The translations under genes were made by a program, and so were the position numbers. The notes under the pieces are model-generated. The model worked only from the letters and a program-made list of their open reading frames with translations. It was not told where the DNA came from and did not search any database. From Chrysomallon squamiferum (taxonomy: Eukaryota; Animalia; Mollusca): 64,000 nt of DNA. The stretch's first letter is position 1; each line of letters starts with the position of its first letter. The stretch is from positions 6,510,001 to 6,574,000 of the forward strand of contig CM022671.1 of NCBI GenBank assembly GCA_012295275.1. Direction: 5' to 3'. Shown one piece after another: positions 16,086 to 29,150 of this stretch.

Positions 16086-17873
16086 TTGTATTTATATGAT
16101 CGAGTCATGTTTGTTAATAAATATACAAAATATATAAATCTATTTGTTGTTTTCTTTAAAGATGTTTGATATTCATTAATTGGTTTGTTTAGATCAACAG
16201 CAAATTACCATCTCGAGACTGCCATCTCTTTCTATGAATAACTTAAAAATATTAATAATCATAAATAAATAATAACATGGACTGAAAATTTGAATCATGC
16301 AGTTATGAAAATATATCAAGGAGAATAATATTTAGAAATGTGATAAATAATAGCAAATAACATTTGATATTAATGAGAAAGAAAAACAAAACCTAATTTT
16401 TAAGACAATCCAAAGCTCTCCTGCATAATACGAATAATAATTTGAATCTTTTAACTTGGGTTGTTTTTTTACTGTACTATGGGCAATTCATATAATTTTA
16501 TCAAAATAATTTCTTTAAATTGTTTGTTATATAAAAAGTATTGATCGTAGAATTCAGTATTTCGTGCTACATTATTTTTATACGTCTAATTTTATAATTC
16601 AATCAAAGTGTAATAATTCTGTGTGTATGTATGTGTGAGTATGTGTGCGTGTGTGTGAATGTATGTGTGTATATGAGAGATGGACGGACGGATGTATAGA
16701 GTTGGTTACTGATGATGGATGGATTTGTAGATGAGATTGTTGGATGATCAAGAAATGAAATCTGTGGTATGATATAAAATGTTTGGAAAAATACTTAAAC
16801 AATTAGACAGAGGAATGGATTAATAGGTTAATAGAATGACGAGCAGTTACAGTTGGACAGATGCATATTATTGATACCTGTATGATTATATGGATAGATG
16901 AACCGATGTATATAATGAAAGTTATATTGATGAATACATAGATTAGACAGACGGATGGCGTATTTAGAGAGAGAAAGAAATGAATTGATGACGTCTGAAC
17001 AAAAAAAATATATATAAGAAGACTGACAAATGGCATACAAGAATTATAATCAGACATACATGTAGATAAGTGTAGTTTGAATGGTGTGTGGCTATATACA
17101 GCGAGACAGAGTGATGCGTAGAAGGATAGACAAATAATTGTAAGAATGAATGTATATTAAGTTAAGACTGGTGCATGATTCTTTATATAGAGAGATGAAT
17201 CAATGGTAATAGCAGGAGATAAATACATGGATGAATGAATGGACATTCATGTGTAAATATGTTAATAGATGGATGAATCCTCAGATCTGAATAAGAATGA
17301 TTGGAAGAATATAAGAAAGGACACGTCTCCAGTTCCAAATTTAAAATTCTTTATTATTAGTAGTAGTAGTAGTTTTCAGCCAATAAAGTAAAGTTATAAA
17401 ATGTGAACACACATAAATCGCATATTAAATTAAAAGACTTTCCGATACGTTAGAAAAACATATTTTTATTTGATATATTATTTCATCAGCTGTTTCTCTA
17501 GTAAGATTCTATTTTATGATCCAAGCTATTGGCTTTATCTTTCTAAACGACGGGCGGTATTTTTCTTAGGTTATAATTAATAGTTAGTTATCTTTAATAT
17601 CGTTAATTAGTTGTTTAACGCGATTCTACAGCGAGAACGAAGGAAGCCCTAATTATAAAATTCTACTAAAGTAAACAAGTGCGTCACTTAATCTGTGTGA
17701 TTCCATCAGTCGGCATCTGTGATGAAAATCACTCTGTTTTAACGTGATTGTTATTCACTGATAGAACACGCCGTTGTTAATCTCTTCAAGCTCATTCTCA
17801 TTGAACTGTGCTCCCATTAGACTAACGATCTGTAACTGTTTTTTTAACTTGCTATGAACACAGTTCTCAGAAT

Positions 17874-17897
17874 CACGTGACTTCTTCACTATATATA
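17874..17897 (+). promoter_or_regulatory. Core promoter of copy E, followed directly by the retrotransposon
   Basis: CACGTG 17874-17879, TATATATA 17890-17897; homology to the other copies stops at 17897. Confidence 0.6.
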
Positions 17898-18535
17898 AGG
17901 AATTGAATTCTATCCAGTCATTAGGAAAGCAAAAGGAATTGAGTTTCAGCCAACCATCGACGAGCTAGCGTTCAACCAATAGCATTCCAGTTCCAACGAA
18001 AAGCCTGCAACCAATCAACGACGAGCTAGCGCCAGCCACTAAAAAGCCAGTCTGCACACAAGAAGCTGTCGACCAATCAACTTAGAGACAGCACCAACCA
18101 ATCAGAATCCACAGTCCACCGGGAATTATCAGTTCATCTTTGAAACTTCCCAAACTAGGATTCCAATTCAATTTCGAACTTAGAACACTCGACATCAAAT
18201 TTGGTAAGAAAAGGAATCCTATCATCCCAGCACGTCATACTCACTTTCCCAGCACCAAACTTTGAAACCTCCTCTTATCTCTCCCCTTACCAACCTCAAA
18301 CCCTCTCCCCAGTGCTAGTGTTGTCAAATATTTTAAATTCGTGTATTGTAATTATTAATTTAATATTAACTGCAGATAGACAAATATAAATATATAAATA
18401 TTATTTAAATTTTTAATTTTTGGAATATTATTAGCAAAACTCAATTTAATAATTTAATTTTGTTTGTTTTCTTTTGGTAGTATTATTAGTATAATAAAAA
18501 TAATAATAATTAATTAATTCGTGTATCAATTAAAA

Positions 18536-20327
18536 ATGGCCGACACAAATAAACCCATCGGCACAGTTAGCGCCGAGGTTACCCCTCAACAAAACTGCGG
18601 AACGGAGGCGGAAGTACCACGCGTGGAATCTCTTGGCTCCCCGGTCGACAGGGACAACGGAAACCTATCCGACAACTCTGAGGGGGACACAATATACGTG
18701 GGACTGGTAGAAACGACACCTGACGGCTCCCCCCGCCCCACCCTGTCCCCAGACTGCAACCAAGTCCTCAACTGGACCGCAACTGCCCCAACCGGAATGA
18801 CCATCATTCCGGAGTCCCCACAACACAAAAACAAGAAACGGAAAACCCACCCAACTGTCCAATTCCCCCCAGAACAGGCTCCAGTCAGCACATCGAACAG
18901 GTTTTCAGCCCTGGACATGCTGAGCATTGCTGTTCCCCAACAGGGCTCGCAAAAATCCCTCAAACTGTCAGCCAGCCCCCCTAGGCCCGCTAAGTCCCCA
19001 ATCCCCGGACTGAGACGGGTCTTTTTTAATAAAAGAAACCCGTCTCTGTACGAAGCGATCTTTTTCCAACAGTCCATCTCGCGACTGTTGGACGATACTT
19101 TTTTCCACACCCGGATGTCAGATGAGGCAACCTTCATCAGGGGCTGACTCGGACACCCCCACTCATCAAACTGGGTACCAGTATTGAACTGATGCCCAAC
19201 CCCATGGAGTGTCAAAAGGTGTGGGTCACACTGGAGAGGTGTACCAAAGAACCTCACGAAACGAGAGTACCCTCACCCCCAAAACAAACAAACCCATCTA
19301 CCCCAAACGGACAGACATACACACAGGACAAAACAAGCAGCCAAGCCATACACAGACAAATGGACAAGACGGTGGCTTACGGCACCTGGGGGCAATGCAC
19401 TTTCGTTGCAGAACCCCTAAAACAGACAACACCAACCAAAACAAGGCCGACAACACAACGACAGAAATACAAACAGCGACATGACGGCCATACGAGACAA
19501 ACTCCCCAACACGCCCCAAAGTAGCAATGACACAGAGGAGTTCCCGCTCCTCAACCTGACGCCGGGACGACCCTGGCCAAGAGAATTCATATACACCCAC
19601 GTACCACCAACTGGACGGGCAGCCTCCACACCGCAACAACAAAACAACACCCCAAAAAAAACACCCACTACACAACACAAAAGGCACACAAACCAGCAAC
19701 AACAGCCACCACAACAACAGATCAATCCATACGGAAACTCATAAAAAAACAACCTGGCACGGAAACAACAAAACAAATACTGGACGTATTAAAAAAGAAA
19801 ACCCAGACGTGATGATCCAGAACATCACGATCTGGAAAAACAACTACTGGGATGTGCTTCTGTCTGCCACAACACAAACAGAGCACATCCTATTCCACCA
19901 GAAACCATTCAAACTGTGGGCGTTCCAGACACACCCCACAAAATGCGCCCAGTGCCAGAGATGGGGACACAACGCAACAAAGTGCAGGTCGTTGCGGGGA
20001 CACCCAACGTGCTTCAGGTGTGGGGACAAACACCCCAAGAAAACGCCCGACAACCCGTGCCGCCAACCCACCCAGTGCGCGAACTGCAACGGCCGTCACT
20101 ACACACACAGCCACCTGTGCGCGGCCTATCGCAACGCACTGAAACACATGGAGGCCAAAAACACACACACAACAACACCCCCTCACTCGTCAGCCATACA
20201 CCCATACACACCAGCCTCCAGGACAAACACAAGACAAACACAAATAGGCTCCATCAACAACAAACACAGCCCAGTGACAACCCTGAGTAGACGGAGCACT
20301 ACAAACTCCCAACCCCAACCTAAATAA
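18536..20327 (+). pseudogene. LINE ORF1 (gag-like, 3 zinc knuckles), interrupted by stops and frameshifts
   Basis: ATG 18536 open to TGA at 19147; further fragments follow; the zinc-knuckle segment is in ORF 19809-20327. Confidence 0.75.
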
Positions 20328-20546
20328 CAGATCGGAGGCAGCGGTAAAAAAAGCCACCATGGCGGCATGTCAAACCCTACAACACCACCTGGGAATACCG
20401 CTGGAACTAGACACTGTGCTCCCACACGCAAGCAATTACTACAAAAACATCACCAACACCGAAAACACTAAACAAATAAAATAAATACAGTCAAAATACA
20501 CGCAACAGAACCAACCTCTAACACTACCAAACTCCTTGACATACAC

Positions 20547-21026
20547 ATGGGAGACAAACAAAACATTAAACACAAACAAGCCAAAGGCCTTAACATCCTA
20601 CAGTGGAATGCCAAAGGCCTCAAATCAGGAGGCCATGGCGAAGAACTCAAACACTACATAACAAACTCTAATATACAGATAGACATAATATGCATACAAA
20701 AAAACCTGGATCACCAACACACAAACACGAAAGAATCAACTCTTCCAAAACTTTAACATTCCAGGTTTCTATGGTTTCTTCCACAACACCAACTGCACCA
20801 CGAGAGGAGGGTAGCGACATTTGTCAGAAATGAGCTCTCCTACTCACGTATCCTCTCGAATCACCACATCAACATAGAGACACTTGGAATATCAATACAT
20901 GGCCAGGATGAAGACATTAACATATTTAACTATTACACCCACCCAGGCAAAATCATTACAACATAACACTCGAACACTACACTAAAAGCATTCCCGCTAA
21001 ATTTATCGACAACTCCATCGTACTAG
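20547..21026 (+). pseudogene. LINE ORF2 N-terminal AP-endonuclease domain, frameshifted, truncated by gap
   Basis: MGDKQNIKHKQAKGLNILQWNAKGL...IDIICIQ; the expected QETW is broken by the A-run caaaaaaacctgg near 20697-20709. Confidence 0.8.
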
Positions 21027-21226
21027 NNNNNNNNNNNNNNNNNNNNNNNNNNNNNNNNNNNNNNNNNNNNNNNNNNNNNNNNNNNNNNNNNNNNNNNNNN
21101 NNNNNNNNNNNNNNNNNNNNNNNNNNNNNNNNNNNNNNNNNNNNNNNNNNNNNNNNNNNNNNNNNNNNNNNNNNNNNNNNNNNNNNNNNNNNNNNNNNNN
21201 NNNNNNNNNNNNNNNNNNNNNNNNNN
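21027..21226. other. Assembly gap (200 N)
   Basis: Run of exactly 200 N, probably a fixed-size placeholder; true length unknown. Confidence 0.99.
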
Positions 21227-23437
21227 GATAGTGGATACGGTTCACCGACAAACCAGGTCAGCTGTACTTTTATTTTATTAAAAATATTTTAATTTAAATA
21301 TTATATTAACTCTTTGAAAACCTAATTTTTTAAGTTTTATTTTATAAACAACAGCAAAGTTTTATTACAATTAACATTAAATACTACAAGATATTTATTT
21401 ATTCACTATACATTTATATCTTATACATTTATATACTATACATTTTATATGCTATACATTTGGAAACTGTATATTTTTATCCTTTTTTTTTTCTTCAAAC
21501 ATGTTTACGTTAATATATATAATGTTTAGTAAGTGATTTTAACGTAATATCCTTGTTTCTATTTGTTTCACGAATTCTTTTTCTATTTTTCAGTGTTTCT
21601 CTCCGTCACCTAAAAAATCCTACAACAACAACAATAATACTAGAAGAAGTCTGTTTTCTGGAAAGAGACTGAGAGATGATGACGATGTTGATGTTGACGT
21701 CTTTCCAAAACATTTTCGCCTTGGAGAATCAGCCAGGATGATGACGTATCAAGAGATATAAGTCAGAAAATGGAAGGTGAAGGTCATTTGACAGGAGACG
21801 GGTCTGAGGTAATTAATTTGTTTTTTCTTTTCACACAAAGTGAATAATTTCGAACTAAATAAGAAAAGTCTTTAAAATATTTTTCATAGAAAGATTAAAT
21901 AACTACGTTTAATAAAAGATTGTACTGACAAGTTGACATTTGATGACAATCTGAACAATGGTAATAATATTAAAACAAATGTTTTTTATGTTTTTTCATT
22001 GTCAAATTATGTGTTAATGTTTTTTTCAGTGACACTAATATTAGTGACATTAAATATTATTTTTTGCTGTTATTGTTCTTTTATTCCTGTTAAAATAATT
22101 TTTAATTTCTTTTACAGAATCATTGTTTACCAACTGTTTGTGGAGATAAACCAGACCTGATGTCTATCAGTCCGACAACCGTGAAAGAGTTAATTGATGG
22201 AGTCTACCAGGATGAAATTTCTAGTTTTCAGATTGTCGATTGCAGATATCCGTACGAGTTTGAAGGAGGCCATATTAAGGTGTGTACATTTTTAAATATG
22301 TAATTCTCTGTCTCTCTCTGATTAAAATGATTCTTTAACGATTTAGTTAATACTTTTATCTGATATAAGCTATTTTAATTTCTATCTCAGTCATTAATTG
22401 AACAAAGAATTATATGAAATGTATTAATAAAAATATTTGTAAATTTCAGGGAGCTATCAACTTGTACACACAGAAAGATGTACAAACATTTCTCTCAACA
22501 CAGTCGACTCAGTCTGAGAAACACATTTTGATCTTCCACTGTGAATTCTCTTCAGAACGAGCTCCTAAACTGTAAGTCGTGTTTCTAATCTGTTGTTGCA
22601 GTTTGTATTGAAAACGTTTAATAAAACAAATTGGCATATACCGCTGAGTAAAAGGAAAGACAACATTTTATTGATTAAACCTTGGAAATTTTTCTATTGT
22701 TATCGTACCTAATTTATATTTAAAAATTATATTGTTTTTATAATTATGCACAAGTTTATTGTGTTTTTATTTAGGTTTCTTTATTTAAAAAAGCTCTATA
22801 TTTTATTTTTTATTGTTTGTTTTTTTCTACTTCAGTTTGTTTTATATTTGTTTTATATTTATTTAGATTACGCTATCTGAGAAACGAGGATCGTAAACTG
22901 AACAGTGACGTGTACCCGAAACTTTTCTTTCCTGAGATCTATCTTCTGTGTGGTGGATACAAGCAGTTCTTCAACCAGTTTCAGGTAATTCAAATATCAA
23001 ACTATTACCATTATTTAGATACTTTTATCAGAATTGATACACCCATGCAAAAATGATCGTGATGATAATGAAGTTGATTAAAAATTTTTAGAACAGTGTT
23101 TGCTTTTCCAAAAACAGTTTCAGCCCAGAGTCATTCTGCTTATCTCCCTTCATTTACATAAACAAGCGAATGACTGCTGCTACCATAGTGACAACTTGCT
23201 TTTGATTTTAAAATTGCATAACTTAATATAATATACCAGTATTGTAACATGTGTTATAAATATTTATTTTATATTTAACAGAATCACTGTTCACCTGTCG
23301 ACTATGTACCTATGCTTGAGAAGGAACATAGTGAAGATCTACGTCACTTCCGGTCTCGTGCAAAGTCTTGGACTGCTGGGCAGAGAAGACGACGTTGTCT
23401 ACCACTTCAGCAGAGTGGATCACCGCCTTTATTCTGA
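21227..23437 (+). pseudogene. cdc25: Cdc25-like copy E; 5' part of exon 1 lost in gap, -1 frameshift in exon 2
   Basis: Exon 1 remnant 21227-21256, exon 2 21594-21808 (215 nt; gccaggatg vs gccagtgatg), then 22118-22279, 22450-22571, 22867-22984, 23282-23437. Sequence next to the gap looks noisy, so the frameshift is uncertain. Confidence 0.7.
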
Positions 23438-23478
23438 GATGCTGATGTCGACGGAATTTGTTTTGATTTTTTATGCTC

Positions 23479-23715
23479 ATGTTATCTGACATTTTTTCTA
23501 TAAAACACTGTTGTGTCGGCGGATGTTATCTGACAGTTGTTATATACAATATTGGTGTGTCGGAGGATTTTTTCTGACAGTTCTTATATAAAATATTGTT
23601 GTGTCGGCGGATGTTATCTGACAGTTCTTATATAAAATATTGTTGTGTCGGAGGATGTTATCTGACAGTTCTTATGTACAATATTGTTATGTCGGAGCCT
23701 GTTATCTGACAGTTA
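23479..23715 (+). repeat. 44-bp hairpin minisatellite, copy E (5 units)
   Basis: TGTCGG..TCTGACA units. Confidence 0.9.
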
Positions 23716-26551
23716 TTTGTATTTATATGATCGAGTCATATTTGTTAATAAATATACAAAATATATAAATCTATTTGTTGTTTTCTTTAAAGATGTTTGA
23801 TATTCATTAATTGGTTTGTTTAGATCAACAGCAAATTACCATCTCGAGACTGCCATCTCTTTCGATGAATAACTTAAAAATAATAATAATGATAACTAAA
23901 TAATAACATGGACTGAAAATTTGAATCATGCAGTTTGTCTTTACTTCCATTAACTTAACAGTTATGAAAATATATCAAGGAGAATAATATTTAGAAATGT
24001 GATAAATAATAGCAAATAACATTTGATATTAATGAGAAAGAAAAAAAAACGTAATTTTTAAGACAATCCAGTGCAGTCCTGCATAATACGAATAATAATT
24101 TGAATCTTTTAAGTTGTGTTTTTTTTTACTGTACTATGGGCAATTCATATAATTTTATCAAAATCATTTCTTTAAATTGTTTGTTATATAAACAGTATTC
24201 AGTGTAGAATTCTGGATTTTGTGTTATATTATTTTTATACGGCTAATTTTACAATTCAATCAAAGTGTAATAACTAAATCAAATAAAACATTAAGAAATC
24301 CACAAATTCTTACATAATGGTTTAGTTCTATGATGAATATAATATTTAAAACCCCACGAATCCTTTCAAATGTACAAAAGAAATAGACAAAATATACTTC
24401 GTATATTTTACTCTTATTATTAATTTATTTATGTTTTAATTATCTTTCACAATTAATGATAAAACATAAAGATTCGTATTTATTTTCTTTGTTATTTTCT
24501 TTTATTTTAATATAAACCGCTACAAAAACAGAAAACTATTCAGACATTTACAGGCATATTTCTGAAAAAAGTTGTCCATCAGATGTAATGTCTGCGAATA
24601 TCTGTTTTAAGAAGTTTATCGTAAAAAAAAAAAAAAAAAAATAAAAAAATTAATAAAAAGATAATAAAACAATTTTAAAAATATAATAGTTTCGGTGTAT
24701 ATAAAAAATAAAAATCAAATTCAAATAATACTAAAAAAAATTTTGAATGTTTTTTTCAAGAATAAATATGAATTTGATTATGACGCCATTAATCATTTGG
24801 TGGTTGGAGATAAATCTTTGCAAAAGAAATCAAACACATATATTAATTTACGGTGTATGTATATGTATTAAATTGTGTGTGTATGTGTACAGTTAGAATG
24901 TGTATATTGTGTGTATTAATGTATAAATGTCTATTTTGTATATATTCAACAAAAATATCTGAATAAACAGTGTGTGTTTTATGTTTCAGTTTGTTTTCAG
25001 TATGAGAAAAATATGTGTATCCAGACTTATATGACGGATGGCATCATGTGTGTGTATATATGTGTGTGGAAATGTCTCATTTAGAGTTTATTGTAGTAAA
25101 AAATAAATATAGACGATTTTCTGTGAACTGTGTAGATTCATGTAAAAGCATTTTGAAAACCTTTTTCGGAATAAATATGAATTTGATTATGACGCCATTA
25201 ATCATTTGGTGGTTGGAGATCTTTGAGAAATCAAACACATTTAATTTACGGTGTATATGTATTAGTGTATGAGTATGTGTGTGTATGTGTGTGTATGTAT
25301 CTGTGTGTGTATGTGTGTGTATGTGTGTGTGTGTGTGAATGTATGTGTGTATATGATAGACGGACGGACGGATGTATAGAGTTGGTTACTGATGATGGAT
25401 GGATTTGTAGATGAGATTGTTGGATGAACAAGAAATAAAATCTGTGGAATGAGATAAAATGTTTGGAAAGATACTTAAACACTTAGACAGAGGAATGGAT
25501 GAATGGGTTAATAGAATGACGAGCAGTTACAGTTGGACAGATGCATATTATTGATACCTGTATGAATATATGAATAGGTGAACTGATGTATATAATGAAA
25601 GTTATATTGATGAATATATAGATTAGACAGACGGATGGCGTATTTAGGGAGAGAAAGAAATGAATTGATGACGTCTGAACAAAAAAATAAATATATAAGA
25701 AGACTGACAAATGGCATACAAGTATTATAATCAGACATACATGTAGATAGGTGTAGTTTGAATGGTGCGTGGCTATACAGACAGCGAGACAGAGTAATGC
25801 GTAGAAAGATAGACAAATAATTGTAAGAATGAATGTATATTAGTTCAGATTGGTGCATGAATATTTATATAAACAGATGAATCAATGATAATAGTAGGAG
25901 ATAAATACATGGATGAATGGATGGACATTCATGAGTAAATATGTCAATAGATGGATGAATCCTCAGATCTAAATAAGAATGATTAGAAGAATATAAGAAA
26001 GGACACATCTCCACTTTCAAAATACAAATTCATTATTATTAGTAGTAGTAGTTTTCAGCCAATAAAGTAAAGTTAGAAACTGTGAACACACATAAATCGC
26101 ATTTTAAATTAAAAGACTTTCCGATACGTTAGAAAAACATATTTTTATTTGATATACTATTTCATCAGCTGTTTCGCTAGTAAGATTCTATTTTATGATC
26201 CAAGCTTTTGGCTTTATCTTTCTAAACGACGGGCGGTATTTTTCATACGTTATAATTAGTATTTAGTTATCATTAATATCGTTAATTAGTTGTTTAACGA
26301 GATTCTACAGCGAGAACGAAGGAAGCCCTAATTATAAAATTCTACTAAAGTAAACAAGTGCGTGACTTAATCTGTGTGATTCCATCAGTCGGCATCTGTG
26401 ATGAAAATCACTCTGTTTTAACGTGATTGTTATTCACTGATAGAACACGCCGTTGTTAATCTCTTCAAGCTCATTCTCATTGAACTGTGCTCCCATTAGA
26501 CTAACGATCTGTAACTGTTTTTTAACTTCCTATGAACACAGTTCTCAGAAT

Positions 26552-26575
26552 CACGTGACTTCTTCACTATATATA
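26552..26575 (+). promoter_or_regulatory. Core promoter of copy F
   Basis: CACGTG 26552-26557, TATATATA 26568-26575. Confidence 0.6.
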
Positions 26576-26645
26576 GTGGAGTTGTGAGCCATTTTACATC
26601 ATTCTTACTGTTTGTCCACCCTGCAAGTTCTCTCAGAAAATAAAC

Positions 26646-28872
26646 ATGGTGTCCAGAAATCTGTGCTTTGACGACGATTTTTCTCCTCTTTCCAAAACAC
26701 GTGACGACGACTTTGTTGACGTCTTCTTCAGCAGAACGTTTCAGTGGGTTGATGAGGATTCCCGAGATAGTGGATACGGTTCACCGACAAACCAGGTCAG
26801 CTGTACTTTTATTTTATTATAAATATTTTAATTTAAATATTGTGTTAACTCTGTGAAAACCTAATTTTACTTTTTATAAACACAGTTAAGTTTTATTACA
26901 ATTAATTAAATACAAGATATTTGTTTATTCATTGTGTTATGTAGTTACATACTATACATTTTTATATGTGGAAACAAGTTTGTATTTTTTTTCTTCAATA
27001 ATATATGTAATATTCAGTAAGTGATTTTAACGTAATATTCTTGTTTCTGTTTGTTTCACGAATTCTTTTCTATTTTTCAGTGTTTCTCTCCGTCACCTAA
27101 AAAATCCTACAACAAAAACAACAATACTAGAAGAAGTCTGTTTTCTGGAAAGAGACTGAGAGATGATGACGATGTTGATGTTGACGTCTTTCCAAAATAT
27201 TTTCGCCTTGCACAATCAGCCAGTGATGATGACGTATCAAGTCAGAAAATGGAAGGTGAAGGTCATTTGACAGGAGACGGGTCTGAGGTAATTGTTGTTT
27301 TCTTTTCACAGAAGTGACTGATCGAACTCCATAGCAATTAAAATATTTTCATACAAAGATTAAATAATACGTTCTTAAAAGTTGTCTTGTATAAGCACAT
27401 TTGATGACAATAAGCACAATGGTAGTAATATTAATAGTAATATTTTTATCTTTTTCATTGTCGAATTCCTTAAACTATAACAGTGACATTAAATATTATT
27501 TTTGCTGTTATTGTTTTATCCGCGTAAAATAATTTTTAATTTGTTTTTCAGAATCATTGTTTACCAACTGTTTGTGGAGATAAACCAGACCTGATGTCTA
27601 TCAGTCCGACAACCGTGACAGAGTTAATTGATGGAGTCTACCAGGATGAAATTTCTAGTTTTCAAATTGTCGACTGCAGATATCCATACGAGTTTGAAGG
27701 AGGCCACATTAAGGTGTGTACATGTTTTAATATATAACTCTCTCGGTCTTTAACGATTCAATTAATATTTTTATCTGTGATATAAGCTATTTTAATTTCT
27801 ATGTCAGTCATTAATTGAACAAAAAATATGAAATGTATTAATAAAAATATTTGTAAATTTCAGGGAGCTATCAACTTGTACACACAGAAAGATGTACAAA
27901 CATTTCTCTCAACACAGTCGACTCAGTCTGAGAAACACATTTTGATCTTCCACTGTGAATTCTCTTCAGAACGAGCTCCTAAACTGTAAGTCGTGTTTCT
28001 AATCTGTTGTAGCAGTTTGCATTGAACACGTTTAATAAAACAAATTGGCATATACCGCTGAGTAGAAGTAAAGATTACATTTTATTGATTAAACTTTGGT
28101 GATTTTGGTATTTTTATGATGCCTTATTTATATTTCAAACTTATTTCGTTTTTATAATTATGCACAAGTTTATTGTGTTTTTATTTAGGTTTTTTTTTTT
28201 TTTTTTTTTTTAAAAACAAGCTATATAATTTATTTGTTATTGTATTTGTTTTTTCTACTTCAGTTTGTTTTATATTTGTTTTATATTTATTTAGATTACG
28301 CTATCTGAGAAACGAGGATCGTAAACTGAACAGTGACGTGTACCCGAAACTTTTCTTTCCTGAGATCTATCTTCTGTGTGGTGGATACAAGCAGTTCTTC
28401 AACCAGTTTCAGGTAAATAAAATATCAAACTATTACCTTTGTTTAGATACTTTTATCAGAATTGATACACTCATGCAAGAATGATCAGGATTATCATCCA
28501 ATTGATGAAAAATCGCAAATTTTTTGGAACAGCATGTGCTTTTCCAAAAACAGGTTCACCCCACTGTCAATCTGCTTATCTCCCATCATTTATATAAAGA
28601 AGCAAATAAGTGCTGCTACCATGCTGACAATTTGTTTTTGATTTTAAAATTACATATTTTAATATAATATACCAGTATTATAACATTTGTTATAACTGTT
28701 TATTTTATATTTACAGAATCACTGTTCACCTGACGACTATGTACCTATGCTTGACAAGGAACACGAGGAAGATCTACGTCACTTCCGGTCTCGTGCCAAG
28801 TCTTCAACTGTTGGTCAGAGAAGACGACGTTGTCTACCACTTCAGCAGAGTGGATCACCGCCTTTATTCTGA
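26646..28872 (+). CDS. cdc25: Cdc25/string-like phosphatase, copy F, intact, 304 aa, most diverged intact copy
   Basis: Exons 26646-26795, 27081-27287 (in-frame 9-nt deletion), 27552-27713, 27864-27985, 28295-28412, 28717-28872; all GT-AG, open frame, HCEFSSER intact. Confidence 0.92.
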
Positions 28873-28914
28873 GATGCTGACGTCGACGGAAATTGATTTG
28901 ATTTTTTATACTCA

Positions 28915-29150
28915 TGTTATCTGAACATTTTTCTATAAAACACTGTTGTGTCGGCGGATGTTATCTGAACATTTTTCTATAAAACACTTTTGTGTCGGCG
29001 GATGTTATCTGACAGTTCTTATATAAAATACTGTTGTGTCGGAGGATGTTATCTGACAGTTGTTATATAAAATACTGTTGTGTCGGAGGATGTTATCTGA
29101 CAGTTCTTATGTACAATATTGTTATGTCGGAGCCTGTTATCTGACAGTTA
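28915..29150 (+). repeat. 44-bp hairpin minisatellite, copy F (5 units)
   Basis: TGTCGG..TCTGACA units. Confidence 0.9.

Larger units (their letters stand above)
17898..21026 (+). mobile_element. Non-LTR (LINE) retrotransposon, I/Jockey/R1-like architecture, degenerate, 3' part lost in gap
   Basis: Abrupt shift to A/C-rich, higher-GC DNA. ORF1 pieces carry three zinc knuckles (CAQCQRWGHNATKC, CFRCGDKH..C, CANCNGRHYTHSHLC). ORF2 begins with AP-endonuclease motifs (LNILQWNAKGL, IDIICIQ, frameshifted V-A-T-F-V-R and IETLGISI..INIFNYY). Confidence 0.9.

Noticed and set aside
18586-20431. Long minus-strand ORFs inside the retrotransposon
   Set aside because: Antisense shadows of the A/C-biased ORF1; no recognisable motifs.
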